Of a stretch of 44,594 nucleotides of DNA, positions 18,124 to 29,025 are shown piece after piece. Positions within the stretch are counted from its first letter, which is position 1; the number at the start of each line of letters is the position of its first letter. The notes beneath the pieces are model-generated. The model had not been told where the DNA came from. It was given only the letters and a program-made list of their open reading frames with translations, and made no database searches. This DNA is from Lewinella sp. (lineage in GTDB: Bacteria; Bacteroidota; Bacteroidia; Chitinophagales; Saprospiraceae), in NCBI GenBank assembly GCA_026421165.1, contig JAPKCQ010000001.1, positions 1-44,594 on the forward strand, given 5' to 3'. Both the position numbers and the translations under genes were made by a program.

Positions 18124-19476
18124 ATGAAAAAATATAACTTACTCTTCCTTCTGCTTTTCGCGGTGGCCGCAACCTTGCCAGCCCAGACGGAGAAAGGCAG
18201 CATCCACATTAAAAACGCTACCGTAATTACCATCACTAAAGGTGTACTGGAGAATACGGACGTCGTAGTTACCGACGGTAAGATCACCGGCATCGGCAAA
18301 TCACTGAAAACGCCAAAGGGCGCTAGAGTGGTGGATGCCGCAGGCCAGTTCGTCATGCCGGGCATTATCGATGCCCACTCTCACATCGCGCTCGATGCGG
18401 TCAACGAAGGCACCAACATCGTCACGGCTGAAGTCGAAACTGGTGACGTGATCGACCCGCTCGACGTGGCCATCTACCGCGCCCTGGCCGGTGGGGTAAC
18501 CGCTACCCACGCTATGCACGGTTCGGCCAACGCCATCGGCGGACAGTGCGAAACGATCAAGCTTCGCTACGGCACCTACGACCCCGAAGAACTCAAGATG
18601 GAAGGCGCACCCCGCACCATCAAGTTCGCCCTCGGCGAAAACCCAATGCGCGTTCACGGCGAGGGCAGTGGCCTTCATGCCCGCACCCGGATGGGCATCG
18701 AGCAGGTGTTCCGTCGGGCCTTCTCCGAAGCACGCGACTACATGGCCGCCCAGGAAGACTACAATAAAAAAATGGCTTCCGATCCCCAGGCCGTCCCACC
18801 GATGTACGACCGCCGGATGGAAGCTCTGGCCGATATTCTCCGCGGCGACATCATCATCCACTGCCACTCCTACCGGGCGGATGAAATTCTGATGCTGATG
18901 AACGTCTGTAAAGACTTTGGCGTCACTAAGCTCGTGTACCAGCACGTCAACGAAGGCTTCAAGGTCGCACCCGAACTCGCTGAGTTCGGCGCTATGGCTT
19001 CCGTCTTCGCAGATTGGTGGGCGTACAAATTTGAAGTGTACTACTCTACGGCTTATAACGCTGCTATCCTGACCCGCAACGGCGTGGTCACCTCCATCAA
19101 TTCCGATTCCGGCGATTACATCCGTCACCTCTACCACCAGGCCGGTAAGACCCAGCGTTACGGTATGCTGACGGACAACGAAGCCCTCCGGCTCATTACC
19201 CTCAACCCAGCCATCCAGCTGGGCATTGAGGATAGGGTAGGATCGCTTGAGAAAGGCAAGGACGGCGACATTACCATCTTCAGCGCTCACCCACTCTCCG
19301 TTTACGCCATCCCCCAGATGACCATCGTTGACGGCGTCGTTCGCTTCGACATCAAGGAAGACAATGACGACATGCGTCTATCCGTAGATCCCGAAGACAC
19401 CGAGACCATGATGCTCGACTACGACGACGATCACCGGTGTATGGAAGGCACTGCTGAGGAGCTTTTTAAGTACTAG
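18124..19476 (+). CDS. Secreted metal-dependent amidohydrolase with intact metal ligands
   Basis: PGIIDAHSH, KFALGENP, HCHSYR, QHV, NSD and ITLNPAIQLG. Start moved to ATG 18124 (MKKYNLL signal peptide). Confidence 0.9.
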   Translation: MKKYNLLFLLLFAVAATLPAQTEKGSIHIKNATVITITKGVLENTDVVVTDGKITGIGKSLKTPKGARVVDAAGQFVMPGIIDAHSHIALDAVNEGTNIVTAEVETGDVIDPLDVAIYRALAGGVTATHAMHGSANAIGGQCETIKLRYGTYDPEELKMEGAPRTIKFALGENPMRVHGEGSGLHARTRMGIEQVFRRAFSEARDYMAAQEDYNKKMASDPQAVPPMYDRRMEALADILRGDIIIHCHSYRADEILMLMNVCKDFGVTKLVYQHVNEGFKVAPELAEFGAMASVFADWWAYKFEVYYSTAYNAAILTRNGVVTSINSDSGDYIRHLYHQAGKTQRYGMLTDNEALRLITLNPAIQLGIEDRVGSLEKGKDGDITIFSAHPLSVYAIPQMTIVDGVVRFDIKEDNDDMRLSVDPEDTETMMLDYDDDHRCMEGTAEELFKY

Positions 19477-19535
19477 TGGATTGATATAGAAGTGATTCTG
19501 TCTACTAATTTCAACACCATAAAAATCAAGAATCA

Positions 19536-20843
19536 ATGCGATTCAATAAAAATATAATTCTTTACTGCCTCGTCTGCCTGTTTATGGCCGGCCAGCTCTC
19601 CGCCCAGGTGGTGGGTAAGGCAACCAAAGGGGCGTTTCTGCTGAAGAACGCCACGATAGAGACCATTACCAAAGGCACCGTAAAGGGTGACCTTTTAATT
19701 GAAGATGGAAAAATCACGGGAATTGGTGGCGCGGTAACCGTACCGGCTTCCGCCAAGGTGATCGACTGTAGCGGAAAAACCATCTATCCCGGTTTTATCG
19801 ACATGGGCACGAGCCTCGGTCTGGTGGAAGTCAGTTCCATCTCGGTAACCAATGACAATAATGAAATTGGCGACATCAAGCCGTACCTCGAGGCCCTCAC
19901 CGCCGTGAACCCGAGTTCGGTTGCCATTCCCGTTACGCGGGTAAGTGGCGTTACTACGGTGATCGCGCAGCCAAGCGGCGGGCTCATTGCTGGTACTGCG
20001 TCATTGATTAACCTTATCGGTTACTCTCCGGACGAGATGTATGCCGGCTTCAAGGCTATCCGGCTTAATTTCCCTTCTTCAGGTGCGCGTGGTCGTCGTG
20101 ATCGCCGGAGCCCGGAAGATCGTAAAAAGAACGAAGCCAAAAAGCTGAAGCAGTTGAATGACCTGTGGGAGGAGACAAAGCTCTTTGCGAAGATCAAGGA
20201 AGCGAAAGGGAGTGACGCCTCCATTCGGCAGGAGTACAACCCTACGCTGGACGCAATGATCTCCACGGTCAAGGGAGAGCAAATGGTACTGGTGGAGGTG
20301 AACGCTGAAAACGATATCCTCTCCGCACTGAAGTGGATCAAGGACAACGAGATCAAGGCAATCCTTACTGGTTGTGCCGAAGGCTGGCGGGTGGCCGATG
20401 AGATTGCTGCTTCTGGCGTTCCCGTCGTTACCGGTCCGGTCATCAGTATCCCGACACGGGGCTCTGATCGTTATGACCGGGCCTATGCTAATGCTGGAGC
20501 GATGAAGAAGGCTGGCGTTACCGTCGCCATCAGAACCGACCAGACGGAGAATGTACGTGATCTTCCGTTTCACGCTGCGTTCGCTGCGGCTTACGGGATG
20601 GGCCGCGAGGCTGCGCTGGAGGCCATCACCATCGTTCCCGCCCGCATGATGGGCCTGGAGATGGAGCTGGGTTCGCTGGAAGTTGGTAAAATTGCTAATC
20701 TGTTCATCTGCGATGGTGATCCGTTTGAGACGAAGACACAGATTGAACAGGTCTTTATTCAGGGGTGGGAAATTCCGATGGACAGCCGCCACTCATTACT
20801 ATATGATGAGTTCCTTGACCGTAGCCCGGGCGTAAAGAACTAA
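19536..20843 (+). CDS. Secreted amidohydrolase-fold protein lacking HxH
   Basis: Signal peptide; YPGFIDMGTS; ITIVPARMMG..GSLEVGKIANL..GDP. Confidence 0.85.
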   Translation: MRFNKNIILYCLVCLFMAGQLSAQVVGKATKGAFLLKNATIETITKGTVKGDLLIEDGKITGIGGAVTVPASAKVIDCSGKTIYPGFIDMGTSLGLVEVSSISVTNDNNEIGDIKPYLEALTAVNPSSVAIPVTRVSGVTTVIAQPSGGLIAGTASLINLIGYSPDEMYAGFKAIRLNFPSSGARGRRDRRSPEDRKKNEAKKLKQLNDLWEETKLFAKIKEAKGSDASIRQEYNPTLDAMISTVKGEQMVLVEVNAENDILSALKWIKDNEIKAILTGCAEGWRVADEIAASGVPVVTGPVISIPTRGSDRYDRAYANAGAMKKAGVTVAIRTDQTENVRDLPFHAAFAAAYGMGREAALEAITIVPARMMGLEMELGSLEVGKIANLFICDGDPFETKTQIEQVFIQGWEIPMDSRHSLLYDEFLDRSPGVKN

Positions 20844-20871
20844 CAGACTAATGATTTAATGGTCTAATACG

Positions 20872-20889
20872 GGCGCGGACGCAGGTGCA
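20872..20889 (+). repeat. Dispersed motif copy 4
   Basis: GGCGC GGA CGCAGG TGCA, followed by ATGTAAG. Confidence 0.9.
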
Positions 20890-20943
20890 ATGTAAGTTGA
20901 ACGGCGGCGCTCCCTGGAGATCATGCTGACAAAATAGAGCGAC

Positions 20944-20987
20944 AACACGGCTTCTGATGGATGAAATCAGGGGCCGTGTTTTGTTTT
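20944..20987 (+). terminator. Intrinsic terminator of the amidohydrolase operon
   Basis: AACACGGCTTCTGAT/ATCAGGGGCCGTGTT stem followed by TTGTTTT. Confidence 0.8.
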
Positions 20988-21146
20988 ACCACCGTAAATC
21001 CTGTAGGGATTGAACCACGATAGCCGGGGGCGCAGAAAGTTGTGTTAGCCACGGGCGGAGTCCTGGCGCTGCATAATCGACAGTCTCTCGCCAACGGCGC
21101 TGAGCGCCGTATTGGAGATTACGAACCCTGCCACCTAACCTCCTAA

Positions 21147-21164
21147 TGCACCTGCGGCCGCGCC
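21147..21164 (-). repeat. Dispersed motif copy 5
   Basis: Minus strand GGCGC GGC CGCAGG TGCA. Confidence 0.9.
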
Positions 21165-21349
21165 TTAAAAGACTCCCACCAAAGAGACCTTTTATATAAG
21201 GACAAGCCCAAAGTGGTTAATTTTGCTTAGGTGGCGGTCCTATAGCCTCGAAACGGTGCCCCTGTATAGCCAGCTCGGTCTAATTCATTGTCTCCGCAAG
21301 AAATTCGCTCCCACCAATAAAAACGTTAGGAACTATAAAGAACAATGTT

Positions 21350-21357
21350 TACCTTTG
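21350..21357 (+). promoter_or_regulatory. -7 element of the rpsL operon promoter
   Basis: TACCTTTG 66 nt upstream of the rpsL ATG. Confidence 0.7.
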
Positions 21358-21423
21358 CGCTCGCTTTTCAAGGAGGTAGGCCTCTAGTAAATAAAAGAAA
21401 GCGCAGCTAAAGCAAATAAACGT

Positions 21424-21798
21424 ATGCCTACAATTAATCAGTTAGTCCGCAAAGGACGCAAGCAGATCGTAGAAGCGAGCAAGTCTCGTGCACTTGATTC
21501 CTGTCCCCAAAAGCGCGGTGTATGTACCCGTGTTTACACTACGACGCCTAAGAAGCCGAACTCTGCCCTCCGTAAGGTGGCGAAGGTTCGTCTTACGAAC
21601 GGCATCGAGGTAATCGCTTACATCCCGGGTGAGGGTCACAATCTCCAGGAGCACTCCATCGTGCTTATCCGTGGAGGCCGTGTAAAGGATCTTCCTGGTG
21701 TACGATACACGATCGTTCGCGGTGCACTTGATACGGCCGGAGTTTCCGAACGTCGTCAGGCTCGTTCCAAGTACGGTGCGAAGCGTCCTAAGAAGTAA
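21424..21798 (+). CDS. rpsL: 30S ribosomal protein S12
   Basis: [22 protein letters not shown] and [10 protein letters not shown]. Confidence 0.99.
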   Translation: MPTINQLVRKGRKQIVEASKSRALDSCPQKRGVCTRVYTTTPKKPNSALRKVAKVRLTNGIEVIAYIPGEGHNLQEHSIVLIRGGRVKDLPGVRYTIVRGALDTAGVSERRQARSKYGAKRPKK

Positions 21799-21908
21799 CC
21801 CTCACCTTGCTGGTGTCGGTATTATTAACTTAAGTAAGATGAGCTTTCTCTTGATAGAAGGCCATTTGGTAACTGGGTTCTCCCCACAGCCATCTGAAGT
21901 AAAATGTT

Positions 21909-22385
21909 ATGCGTAAAAGAAAACCAAAAATTCGAGTCATTGCTCCCGATCCCCGTTATGGAGATGCGATGGTGACTCAGTTTGTGAACATGCTCATGTT
22001 CTCAGGCAAGAAATCTACTTCCTTCCGCATCTTCTATGATGCGATGGATATCATCAAGGAGAAAGTCTCCGCTGAGGAAATCGACGAGTTCGAAGTATGG
22101 AAACGTGCTTTGAACAACGCTATGCCTCAGGTAGAAGTACGTTCTAAGCGTATCGGTGGTGCTACTTTTCAGATTCCTACGGAAATCCGCGCCAAGCGCA
22201 AGATGTCCATTGGTATGAAGTGGCTCATCAAATTCTCCCGCCAGCGTTCCGGTAAAGGAATGGCGGAGAAGCTGTCCTCTGAACTCCTCGCAGCAAGCCG
22301 CAACGAAGGACTTGCCGTGAAGCGTAAGGAAGATACGCACAAGATGGCCGAGTCGAACCGTGCCTTTGCCCATTATGGAAGATAG
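21909..22385 (+). CDS. rpsG: 30S ribosomal protein S7
   Basis: PDPRY, RIGGATFQIP and HKMAESNRAFAH. Confidence 0.99.
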   Translation: MRKRKPKIRVIAPDPRYGDAMVTQFVNMLMFSGKKSTSFRIFYDAMDIIKEKVSAEEIDEFEVWKRALNNAMPQVEVRSKRIGGATFQIPTEIRAKRKMSIGMKWLIKFSRQRSGKGMAEKLSSELLAASRNEGLAVKRKEDTHKMAESNRAFAHYGR

Positions 22386-22487
22386 AAATTAGAAGCTAGA
22401 AACTGGACAACCAGTTTCTAGCTCCTAGTTCACTAGCTTCTAATTCCTAGTTTCTAGTCTCCTAGTTTCTAGCTTCTAACCTCTAAT
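22383..22487. repeat. Palindromic CTAG-core heptamer array
   Basis: Starts at the rpsG TAG. AGCTAGAAACTGG-acaa-CCAGTTTCTAGCT stem is followed by about 8 TAGTTTC/TAGCTTC units. Confidence 0.92.
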
Positions 22488-22512
22488 TATATCCCCTCTA
22501 AATCCTCCTGCC

Positions 22513-24645
22513 ATGGCAACGGATCTTAAATACACCAGAAACATCGGTATCGCCGCGCACATCGATGCCGGCAAGACCACCACTACCGAGCGTATTCTTT
22601 ACTACACCGGTGTCAGCCACAAGATTGGTGAGGTACACGACGGTGCTGCTACCATGGACTGGATGGAGCAGGAGCAGGAGCGTGGTATCACGATTACATC
22701 TGCCGCCACTCACACCAACTGGAAGTGGAAAAATCAGAATTACGTTTTCAACATCATTGATACTCCTGGACACGTTGACTTTACCGTAGAGGTAAACCGT
22801 TCCCTGCGTGTACTCGATGGTTTGGTATTCCTTTTCTGTGCCGTATCCGGCGTAGAGCCTCAGTCTGAGACCAACTGGCGCTTGGCTGATAACTATAAAG
22901 TACCACGTATCGGTTTTGTAAACAAGATGGACCGCTCTGGTGCTGACTTCCTCAACGTTGTTAAAGACGTAGAAGAGAAGCTTGGCTCCAAGTCTATCCC
23001 ACTGCAGATTCCGATCGGTGCTGAAGAAACTTTCATTGGTGTTGTTGACCTCATCACGATGCAGGCCATCCAGTGGAACGAGGATGACCAGGGCATGACT
23101 TTCGAAGTCATTGATATGCCTGCTGACCTCGTTGACACCGTCAACGAATGGCGCGAGAAGTTGCTCGAAGCCGTTGCTGACTACGACGACTCTCTCCTGG
23201 AGAAGTACTTCGAAGATCCCGAAAGTATCACCATAGAGGAAGTACGTAGTGCCGTCCGCGACGCCGTAACCGACGCCGCCTTCGTACCAATGATGTGTGG
23301 TTCTGCCTTCAAGAATAAAGGAGTTCAGGCTGTACTTGATGCAGTTTGTGCTTACTTGCCCAGCCCGCTGGACATCCCACCGGTTAAGGGTACTGACCCT
23401 GACGACGAAGAGAAGATCCTTTATCGTGCACCATCTGTGGATGAGCCGTTTGCGGCTCTCGCGTTCAAGATCGCTACCGACCCCTTCGTAGGTCGCCTCG
23501 CCTTCATGCGCGTTTACTCCGGTGTACTCGAAGCTGGCTCTTACGTGAAGAACACCCGCTCTGGTAATAAAGAGCGTATTTCTCGCCTCTACCAGATGCA
23601 CGCCAACCAACAGCAGGCGATCGATAAGGTAGAAGCTGGCGACATCGCCGCTGCCGTAGGTTTCAAGGACATCCGTACGGGAGACACCCTCTGTGACGAA
23701 AAGCACCAAATTGTACTTGAGTCAATGGTATTCCCCGATCCCGTGATCGCTGTAGCCGTTGAGCCTAAGACACAGAAAGACCTCGACCGTTTGGGTATGG
23801 CACTCTCCAAGCTTTCCGAAGAGGATCCGACCTTTACGGTTCGCTACGACGAAGACACGAACCAGACCATCATTGCTGGTATGGGTGAGCTTCACCTGGA
23901 AATCATCGTTGACCGCCTCAAGCGTGAGTTTAAGGTAGAAGCCAACGTTGGTGCACCGATGGTGAGCTACAAAGAGGCGCTCTTCAATACCGTTGAGCAC
24001 CGTGAGCGTCTGAAGAAGCAGTCTGGTGGCTCCGGTCTCTTCGCTGACATGAGCTTCACCCTCGGCCCCGCCGATGAGGAGTTCTTGGAAAGCGAAGACT
24101 TCAAGGGCGGTAAGGTTAACCTGCAGTTCGAGTGGGCCATCGTTGGTGGATCTATCGATAAGAACTACCAGAAGCCAATCCGCGAAGGGTTCCAGTCTAT
24201 GATGAAAAACGGCATCCTTGCCGGTTACAACATTGACAGCATGAAGGTTAAGGTGTTCGACGGTGGCATGCACTCCGTTGACTCGAAGCCACTGGCTTTC
24301 GAACTCTGTGCAAAAGAAGGCTTCCGGGAAGCAGCGAAGCTGTGTGACCCTAAGTTGCTTGAGCCCATCATGGAGGTAGTTATTGTAACTCCTGAGGAGT
24401 ACACCGGTAACGTAATCGGTGACCTCAACCGCCGTCGTGGCCTGCCGAAAGGCCAGCAAACGATGAACGGTGGTGCCATCAAAATCACCGCTGAAGTGCC
24501 ACTGGCGCAGATGTTTGGTTACGTAACCGATCTCCGCACCATCACTTCCGGCCGTGCGAACTCTAGCATGACCTTTGCCCGCTTCTCCGAAGCACCAAAG
24601 GGTGTTGCTAAAGAGGTGATCGCCGAAGCACGTGGTGAAGCTTAA
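22513..24645 (+). CDS. fusA: Elongation factor G
   Basis: [33 protein letters not shown] and GMGELHL. Confidence 0.99.
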   Translation: MATDLKYTRNIGIAAHIDAGKTTTTERILYYTGVSHKIGEVHDGAATMDWMEQEQERGITITSAATHTNWKWKNQNYVFNIIDTPGHVDFTVEVNRSLRVLDGLVFLFCAVSGVEPQSETNWRLADNYKVPRIGFVNKMDRSGADFLNVVKDVEEKLGSKSIPLQIPIGAEETFIGVVDLITMQAIQWNEDDQGMTFEVIDMPADLVDTVNEWREKLLEAVADYDDSLLEKYFEDPESITIEEVRSAVRDAVTDAAFVPMMCGSAFKNKGVQAVLDAVCAYLPSPLDIPPVKGTDPDDEEKILYRAPSVDEPFAALAFKIATDPFVGRLAFMRVYSGVLEAGSYVKNTRSGNKERISRLYQMHANQQQAIDKVEAGDIAAAVGFKDIRTGDTLCDEKHQIVLESMVFPDPVIAVAVEPKTQKDLDRLGMALSKLSEEDPTFTVRYDEDTNQTIIAGMGELHLEIIVDRLKREFKVEANVGAPMVSYKEALFNTVEHRERLKKQSGGSGLFADMSFTLGPADEEFLESEDFKGGKVNLQFEWAIVGGSIDKNYQKPIREGFQSMMKNGILAGYNIDSMKVKVFDGGMHSVDSKPLAFELCAKEGFREAAKLCDPKLLEPIMEVVIVTPEEYTGNVIGDLNRRRGLPKGQQTMNGGAIKITAEVPLAQMFGYVTDLRTITSGRANSSMTFARFSEAPKGVAKEVIAEARGEA

Positions 24646-24658
24646 TAACTGATAATTT

Positions 24659-24706
24659 ACTCCCGCTCCGTCCGGCCACGCGTCGGGGAGCGGGAGTTCT
24701 TAACTT
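24659..24706 (+). terminator. GC-rich hairpin between fusA and rpsJ (terminator/attenuator or processing site)
   Basis: ACTCCCGCTCC/GGAGCGGGAGT stem followed by TCTTAACTTT, a weak U-tract. Confidence 0.5.
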
Positions 24707-24801
24707 TAAATGACTGCCGGAAAGCCGGACGAACAGTTAACCTCAATTTGAAAATCTAACTTTCTTCAGGAACTCATTTTTGAAGAATCAATTATCAAGG
24801 C

Positions 24802-25110
24802 ATGAATCAAAAAATTCGCATCAAACTGCGTTCTTACGATCACAACCTGGTAGACAAGTCTACCGAGAAGATCGTGAAAACCGTAAAGAACAGTGGGGCC
24901 ATCGTAACCGGCCCGATTCCGCTGCCCACCGAAAGGGATATCTACACGGTACTGCGCTCGCCGCACGTGAATAAGAAATCCCGGGAGCAGTTTCAATTGC
25001 GCACACACAAGCGCCTGATTGAAATCTACACCCCCAACCAAAAAACGGTGGACGCGCTTTCGAAGCTCGAACTCCCCTCTGGTGTAGACATTCAGGTAAA
25101 GCTTACGTAG
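24802..25110 (+). CDS. rpsJ: 30S ribosomal protein S10
   Basis: [19 protein letters not shown] and [12 protein letters not shown]. Confidence 0.99.
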   Translation: MNQKIRIKLRSYDHNLVDKSTEKIVKTVKNSGAIVTGPIPLPTERDIYTVLRSPHVNKKSREQFQLRTHKRLIEIYTPNQKTVDALSKLELPSGVDIQVKLT

Positions 25111-25364
25111 TAAGTTTAGACTTTTGGTCCGTTAAGAAGTTAAGGCTACTGCTGTCACAAGCGGAAAGGCTAACGACCTAACTTACTAGATGCCTACACG
25201 ATCTATCAGTTGCTTTACGCAATCCAAATCTCTGTTTTGTCCCGTTTAACGATGGGCCAGGGTAGAGGCTATTTTTTAACTGTTCCTTTTCCGCTTAGCG
25301 CGGTTTAGGGATATTCGTTGCCCGCTCCACAATTAGTGAGACGGCAATATCCAAATCCAGACCA

Positions 25365-25985
25365 ATGAACGGAATTATTGGTAAGAAGGTAGGAATGACT
25401 TCCATCTTCGACGAAGCGGGCCGCAACATGGCCTGTACCGTAATCGAAGCCGGTCCCTGCGTAGTAACGCAGGTGAAGACCATCGATACGGACACTTATA
25501 ACGCAGTACAGCTTGCTTATGGCGAGCGTAAGGAGAAGCACTCCAGCCAGCAGATGGTAGGCCACTTCAAGGCAGCCGGCACCACGCCTAAGCGCGAGGT
25601 GGTTGAGTTCCGCGATATGGAAATCAACAAGGCACTTGGAGACACCGTAACCATTGAGGACGTATTTGCAGAGGGCGACGAGATCGTTGCTGTTGGTACT
25701 TCTAAAGGTAAGGGCTTCCAGGGTGTAGTTAAGCGTCACAACTTTAAGGGTGTGAACGATGCTACTCACGGTCAGCACAACCGCCAACGTGCACCGGGAT
25801 CGATCGGTGCCGCTTCCTACCCAGCAAAGGTCTTCAAGGGCATGCGTATGGGTGGTCGTGACGGTGGTGACCGGACGAGCATCAAGGGCCTCAAGGTTCT
25901 TAAGATGTTCCCCGAGCGTAACCTGATCCTCGTTAAGGGTGCCGTTCCCGGCCCCAAAGGCGGTGTTGTAATCCTCCACAAATAA
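25365..25985 (+). CDS. rplC: 50S ribosomal protein L3
   Basis: [20 protein letters not shown] and RAPGSIG. Confidence 0.99.
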   Translation: MNGIIGKKVGMTSIFDEAGRNMACTVIEAGPCVVTQVKTIDTDTYNAVQLAYGERKEKHSSQQMVGHFKAAGTTPKREVVEFRDMEINKALGDTVTIEDVFAEGDEIVAVGTSKGKGFQGVVKRHNFKGVNDATHGQHNRQRAPGSIGAASYPAKVFKGMRMGGRDGGDRTSIKGLKVLKMFPERNLILVKGAVPGPKGGVVILHK

Positions 25986-26061
25986 TTAAGCCAGCCGGGC
26001 CCGCTGCCTCTTTTACCCTTTCATGTGGTACTAGCAAGGCACGGACCGTAAACTATACAAA

Positions 26062-26691
26062 ATGAAACTTCAAGTTCACAGCGCAACAGGTTCCGGTACG
26101 GGTCGTGAAGTGGAACTGCCCGAAAACATTTTCGGTGTAGAACCTAACGAGCACGCCGTTTACCTCGCGGTAAAGTCTTACCTGGCCGCCCAGCGTCAGG
26201 GTACGCACAAAGCAAAGGAGCGTGGCGAAGTCGCCGGTTCTACCCGAAAGCTGCATAAGCAGAAAGGTACTGGTGGCTCCCGTAAGGGCGACATCAAGAG
26301 CGGAATCTTCCGCGGTGGTGGCCGTATCTTCGGCCCTCGCCCACGTACCTACAGCGTGAAGCTCAATAAGAAAGTTGCTCAGGCCGCTCGTGCCTCCGCT
26401 TTCTCCGTTAAGGCTTCTGCAGGTGCGATCAAACTGGTCGAAGACCTCAAGTTCGATGCCCCGAAGACGAAGGACTACATCAAGTTCCTCCACGATCTCG
26501 GTGCTACCGAAGGTAAGGTGCTCTTCATCACGGCTGGACACGATGCACACGTCTATCATTCCGGCCGTAACCTGGAGAATAGCGCTGTCCTCAGTGCTAA
26601 TCAGGTTAGCACTTACGACATCATGAAGGCCGGCACGGTCCTCGTTGCTGAAGGTGCCATTGACGTACTTAAAAAGCAATTCAACCAGTAA
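26062..26691 (+). CDS. rplD: 50S ribosomal protein L4
   Basis: RQGTHKAKERGEV, QKGTGGSRKG and GGGRIFGPRP. Confidence 0.99.
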   Translation: MKLQVHSATGSGTGREVELPENIFGVEPNEHAVYLAVKSYLAAQRQGTHKAKERGEVAGSTRKLHKQKGTGGSRKGDIKSGIFRGGGRIFGPRPRTYSVKLNKKVAQAARASAFSVKASAGAIKLVEDLKFDAPKTKDYIKFLHDLGATEGKVLFITAGHDAHVYHSGRNLENSAVLSANQVSTYDIMKAGTVLVAEGAIDVLKKQFNQ

Positions 26692-26796
26692 CAGTTACTA
26701 ATTTTTCAAGTGCTGATAGTCGTGTAAAAACGATTTGATTAGCTCCTTAGGTCGCAAATCAAATCGTTTTCACACGACGCACTTGAAAAGTTACTG
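26686..26796. repeat. Long near-perfect hairpin in the rplD-rplW spacer
   Basis: TTTTCAAGTGC/GCACTTGAAAA, GTCGTGT/ACACGAC and AAAACGATTTGATT/AATCAAATCGTTTT arms. Confidence 0.9.
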
Positions 26797-26849
26797 ACGG
26801 AATACCATCAGCTCCCCGACCGAAAGGAAAGGATCAAACACAAATCAAA

Positions 26850-27146
26850 ATGGCTAAGACTATTCTTATCAAGCCGGTAGTGTCCGAGAAGGCTGAGTTG
26901 CTTTCCGAGACGCCTGGTCACTACACCTTCGTAGTTGCCAAGACGGCTAACAAAATCGAAATCCGCAAGGCCATCGAAGGGCGTTACGGTGTAACGGTAG
27001 ATCGGGTTAACACCATGATCATGCCGGGAAAAACTAAAAACAGATCGACCAAGTCCGGACTTCTCCGCGGCCGCGTGTCTTCCTTCAAGAAGGCAATCGT
27101 AACGCTCGCCGAAGGTGATCGTATCGAACTCTATGACGAAGTCTAA
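26850..27146 (+). CDS. rplW: 50S ribosomal protein L23
   Basis: KPVVSEKA, ANKIEIRKAIE and KKAIVTL. Confidence 0.98.
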   Translation: MAKTILIKPVVSEKAELLSETPGHYTFVVAKTANKIEIRKAIEGRYGVTVDRVNTMIMPGKTKNRSTKSGLLRGRVSSFKKAIVTLAEGDRIELYDEV

Positions 27147-27241
27147 ATTAATCACCCGTTGAGTGGGGAGCCGTTGGTGGTCGTGGTCGATCAATAAACC
27201 GACGCTTTTGCTCCGATATTCAGCGAGAAAATTGTGCAATA

Positions 27242-28078
27242 ATGCCAATCAGAAAGTTTAAGCCGGTATCTCCCGGTTCCCGCTTCCACGTCGGAAATAA
27301 ATTCGACGAGCTGACGGGAGACAAGCCGGAGAAAAGCCTGCTCGCTCCCATTAAGCGGAGCGGAGGCCGTAACGGCACCGGTAAGATGACTGTTCGCCAG
27401 CGTGGTGGCGGTCATAAGCGCCGTTACCGTGTCGTTGATTTCCGTCGTAACAACGACGGTGTCGCGTGCACAGTAAAGACCATCGAGTACGATCCGAACC
27501 GTACCGCATTTATCGCCCTTCTGGAGAACCCGGAAGGCAAAAAGTCCTACATCATCGCCCCACAGGGCCTGAAAGTTGGTGACGTACTGCACACTGGTGC
27601 AGAAGCTACTCCAACGATAGGAAACTGCCTCTTTTTGGGTGACGTGCCACTGGGTAACCAGATTCACGCCATCGAGCTTCAACCCGGTAAAGGCGCAGCT
27701 TTGGCCCGCTCCGCCGGTACGAACGCTACCCTGATGGGTAAGGAAGGTAAGTTTGTCTCCGTCAAGCTCCCTTCCGGCGAGGTTCGCCGTATCCTTAAGA
27801 CCTGTCGTGCTACCATCGGTACAACGTCTAATCCTGACCACAGCCTCACGGTTGCCGGTAAGGCCGGTCGTAACCGCTGGAAAGGACGTCGTCCTCGCGT
27901 TCGTGGTGTAGCCATGAACCCAGTCGACCACCCAATGGGTGGTGGCGAAGGCAAAGCTTCAGGTGGTCACCCACGCTCACGCACGGGTATCATGGCCAAA
28001 GGCCAGAAGACACGCAGCGTCAACAAGGCAAGCAACAAATTGATCATCACCCGTCGTAAGACGAAGAACAAGAAGTAA
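27242..28078 (+). CDS. rplB: 50S ribosomal protein L2
   Basis: [21 protein letters not shown] and [17 protein letters not shown]. Confidence 0.99.
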   Translation: MPIRKFKPVSPGSRFHVGNKFDELTGDKPEKSLLAPIKRSGGRNGTGKMTVRQRGGGHKRRYRVVDFRRNNDGVACTVKTIEYDPNRTAFIALLENPEGKKSYIIAPQGLKVGDVLHTGAEATPTIGNCLFLGDVPLGNQIHAIELQPGKGAALARSAGTNATLMGKEGKFVSVKLPSGEVRRILKTCRATIGTTSNPDHSLTVAGKAGRNRWKGRRPRVRGVAMNPVDHPMGGGEGKASGGHPRSRTGIMAKGQKTRSVNKASNKLIITRRKTKNKK

Positions 28079-28081
28079 CCC

Positions 28082-28351
28082 ATGGCACGTTCGCTAAAGA
28101 AAGGCCCCTACGTTTTCCACCGTCTCTACGAAAAGATCGTAAAGGCTCAAGAGAGCGGTCGCAAGGGCATGATCAAAACCTGGTCACGTTCTTCTATGAT
28201 CATTCCTGACATGGTAGGCCTCACTATCGCTGTTCACAACGGCAAAACCCACGTCCCCGTTTACGTTACGGAAAACATGGTAGGTCACAAACTCGGTGAG
28301 TTTGCTCCTACTCGTTCCTTCCGCGGCCACGGTGGCAAAAAGGGCAAGTAA
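28082..28351 (+). CDS. rpsS: 30S ribosomal protein S19
   Basis: RSLKKGP, KTWSR and [13 protein letters not shown]. Confidence 0.99.
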   Translation: MARSLKKGPYVFHRLYEKIVKAQESGRKGMIKTWSRSSMIIPDMVGLTIAVHNGKTHVPVYVTENMVGHKLGEFAPTRSFRGHGGKKGK

Positions 28352-28429
28352 ACTAGCCTCTTAGATTGTTAATCTACTAGTCTTTATAGTGCTCTACGCA
28401 CTTAAGTTTACACAATAATTCAATATTCA

Positions 28430-28447
28430 GGCGCGGTCGCAGGTGCA
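28430..28447 (+). repeat. Dispersed motif copy 6
   Basis: GGCGC GGT CGCAGG TGCA, followed by GTGGAAAGG. Confidence 0.9.
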
Positions 28448-28473
28448 GTGGAAAGGATGAATTAGCAGGGGAC

Positions 28474-28504
28474 TTGTCCGCATTGCTTTTTATTCGTACT
28501 TTTG
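28474..28504 (+). promoter_or_regulatory. Candidate internal promoter upstream of rplV
   Basis: TTG (28474-28476), 20-nt spacer, TACTTTTG (28497-28504). Confidence 0.6.
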
Positions 28505-28619
28505 TACCCGCGTTCGCGCCCCCTTTAATTGAGTGAAGGTAGAGTAAGGTCTCGTGGCATTGTGCTTAAAGCTAAATGTTGCCCGCTTTACTAACCCGTT
28601 CCCTCGAAAACCTCCAATA

Positions 28620-29024
28620 ATGGAAGCAGTAGCAAGTTTAAATAGCATTCCGATGTCGGTGCGTAAGATGCGCCTGATCATCGACCTCATCCGCGGTAAG
28701 GAAGTGGGTGTGGCTCTCGGAATTCTTGAGTTTAGTAAGCAGGAAGCTGCAATCTGGATCAAGAAAGACCTCCTGAGCGCCGTCGCCAACTGGGAATACA
28801 AGACCGGTGGCACTGAAGCAGCAGACGAGTACAATCTGTACGTGTCCGAAGCCTTTGCCGATTCCGGCGCGCAAATTAAGCGTTTCCGCCCAGCTCCTCA
28901 CGGCCGTGCCCACCGTATCCGGAAGCACAGTTGCCACATCACCATCAAAGTTTCCAACCGCGTCCAGCTTCCCAGCGAAGTAGAAGGTACCGTAGTTGAA
29001 ACCGAAACCGAAACCGCAGAATAA
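28620..29024 (+). CDS. rplV: 50S ribosomal protein L22
   Basis: [15 protein letters not shown] and [16 protein letters not shown]. Start moved to ATG 28620. Confidence 0.98.
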   Translation: MEAVASLNSIPMSVRKMRLIIDLIRGKEVGVALGILEFSKQEAAIWIKKDLLSAVANWEYKTGGTEAADEYNLYVSEAFADSGAQIKRFRPAPHGRAHRIRKHSCHITIKVSNRVQLPSEVEGTVVETETETAE

Positions 29025-29025
29025 C

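Noticed and set aside
20996-21070. Minus-strand GGTTCAATCCC resembling a tRNA T-loop
   Set aside because: Flanks do not form a T-stem or acceptor stem, and no cloverleaf forms.
22498-24459. Long antisense ORFs over fusA (403 aa, 245 aa) and over other r-protein, amidohydrolase and T9SS genes
   Set aside because: Shadow ORFs caused by codon bias of the sense genes; no recognisable motifs.
24646-24801. Absence of tuf between fusA and rpsJ
   Set aside because: Normal arrangement in Bacteroidota.
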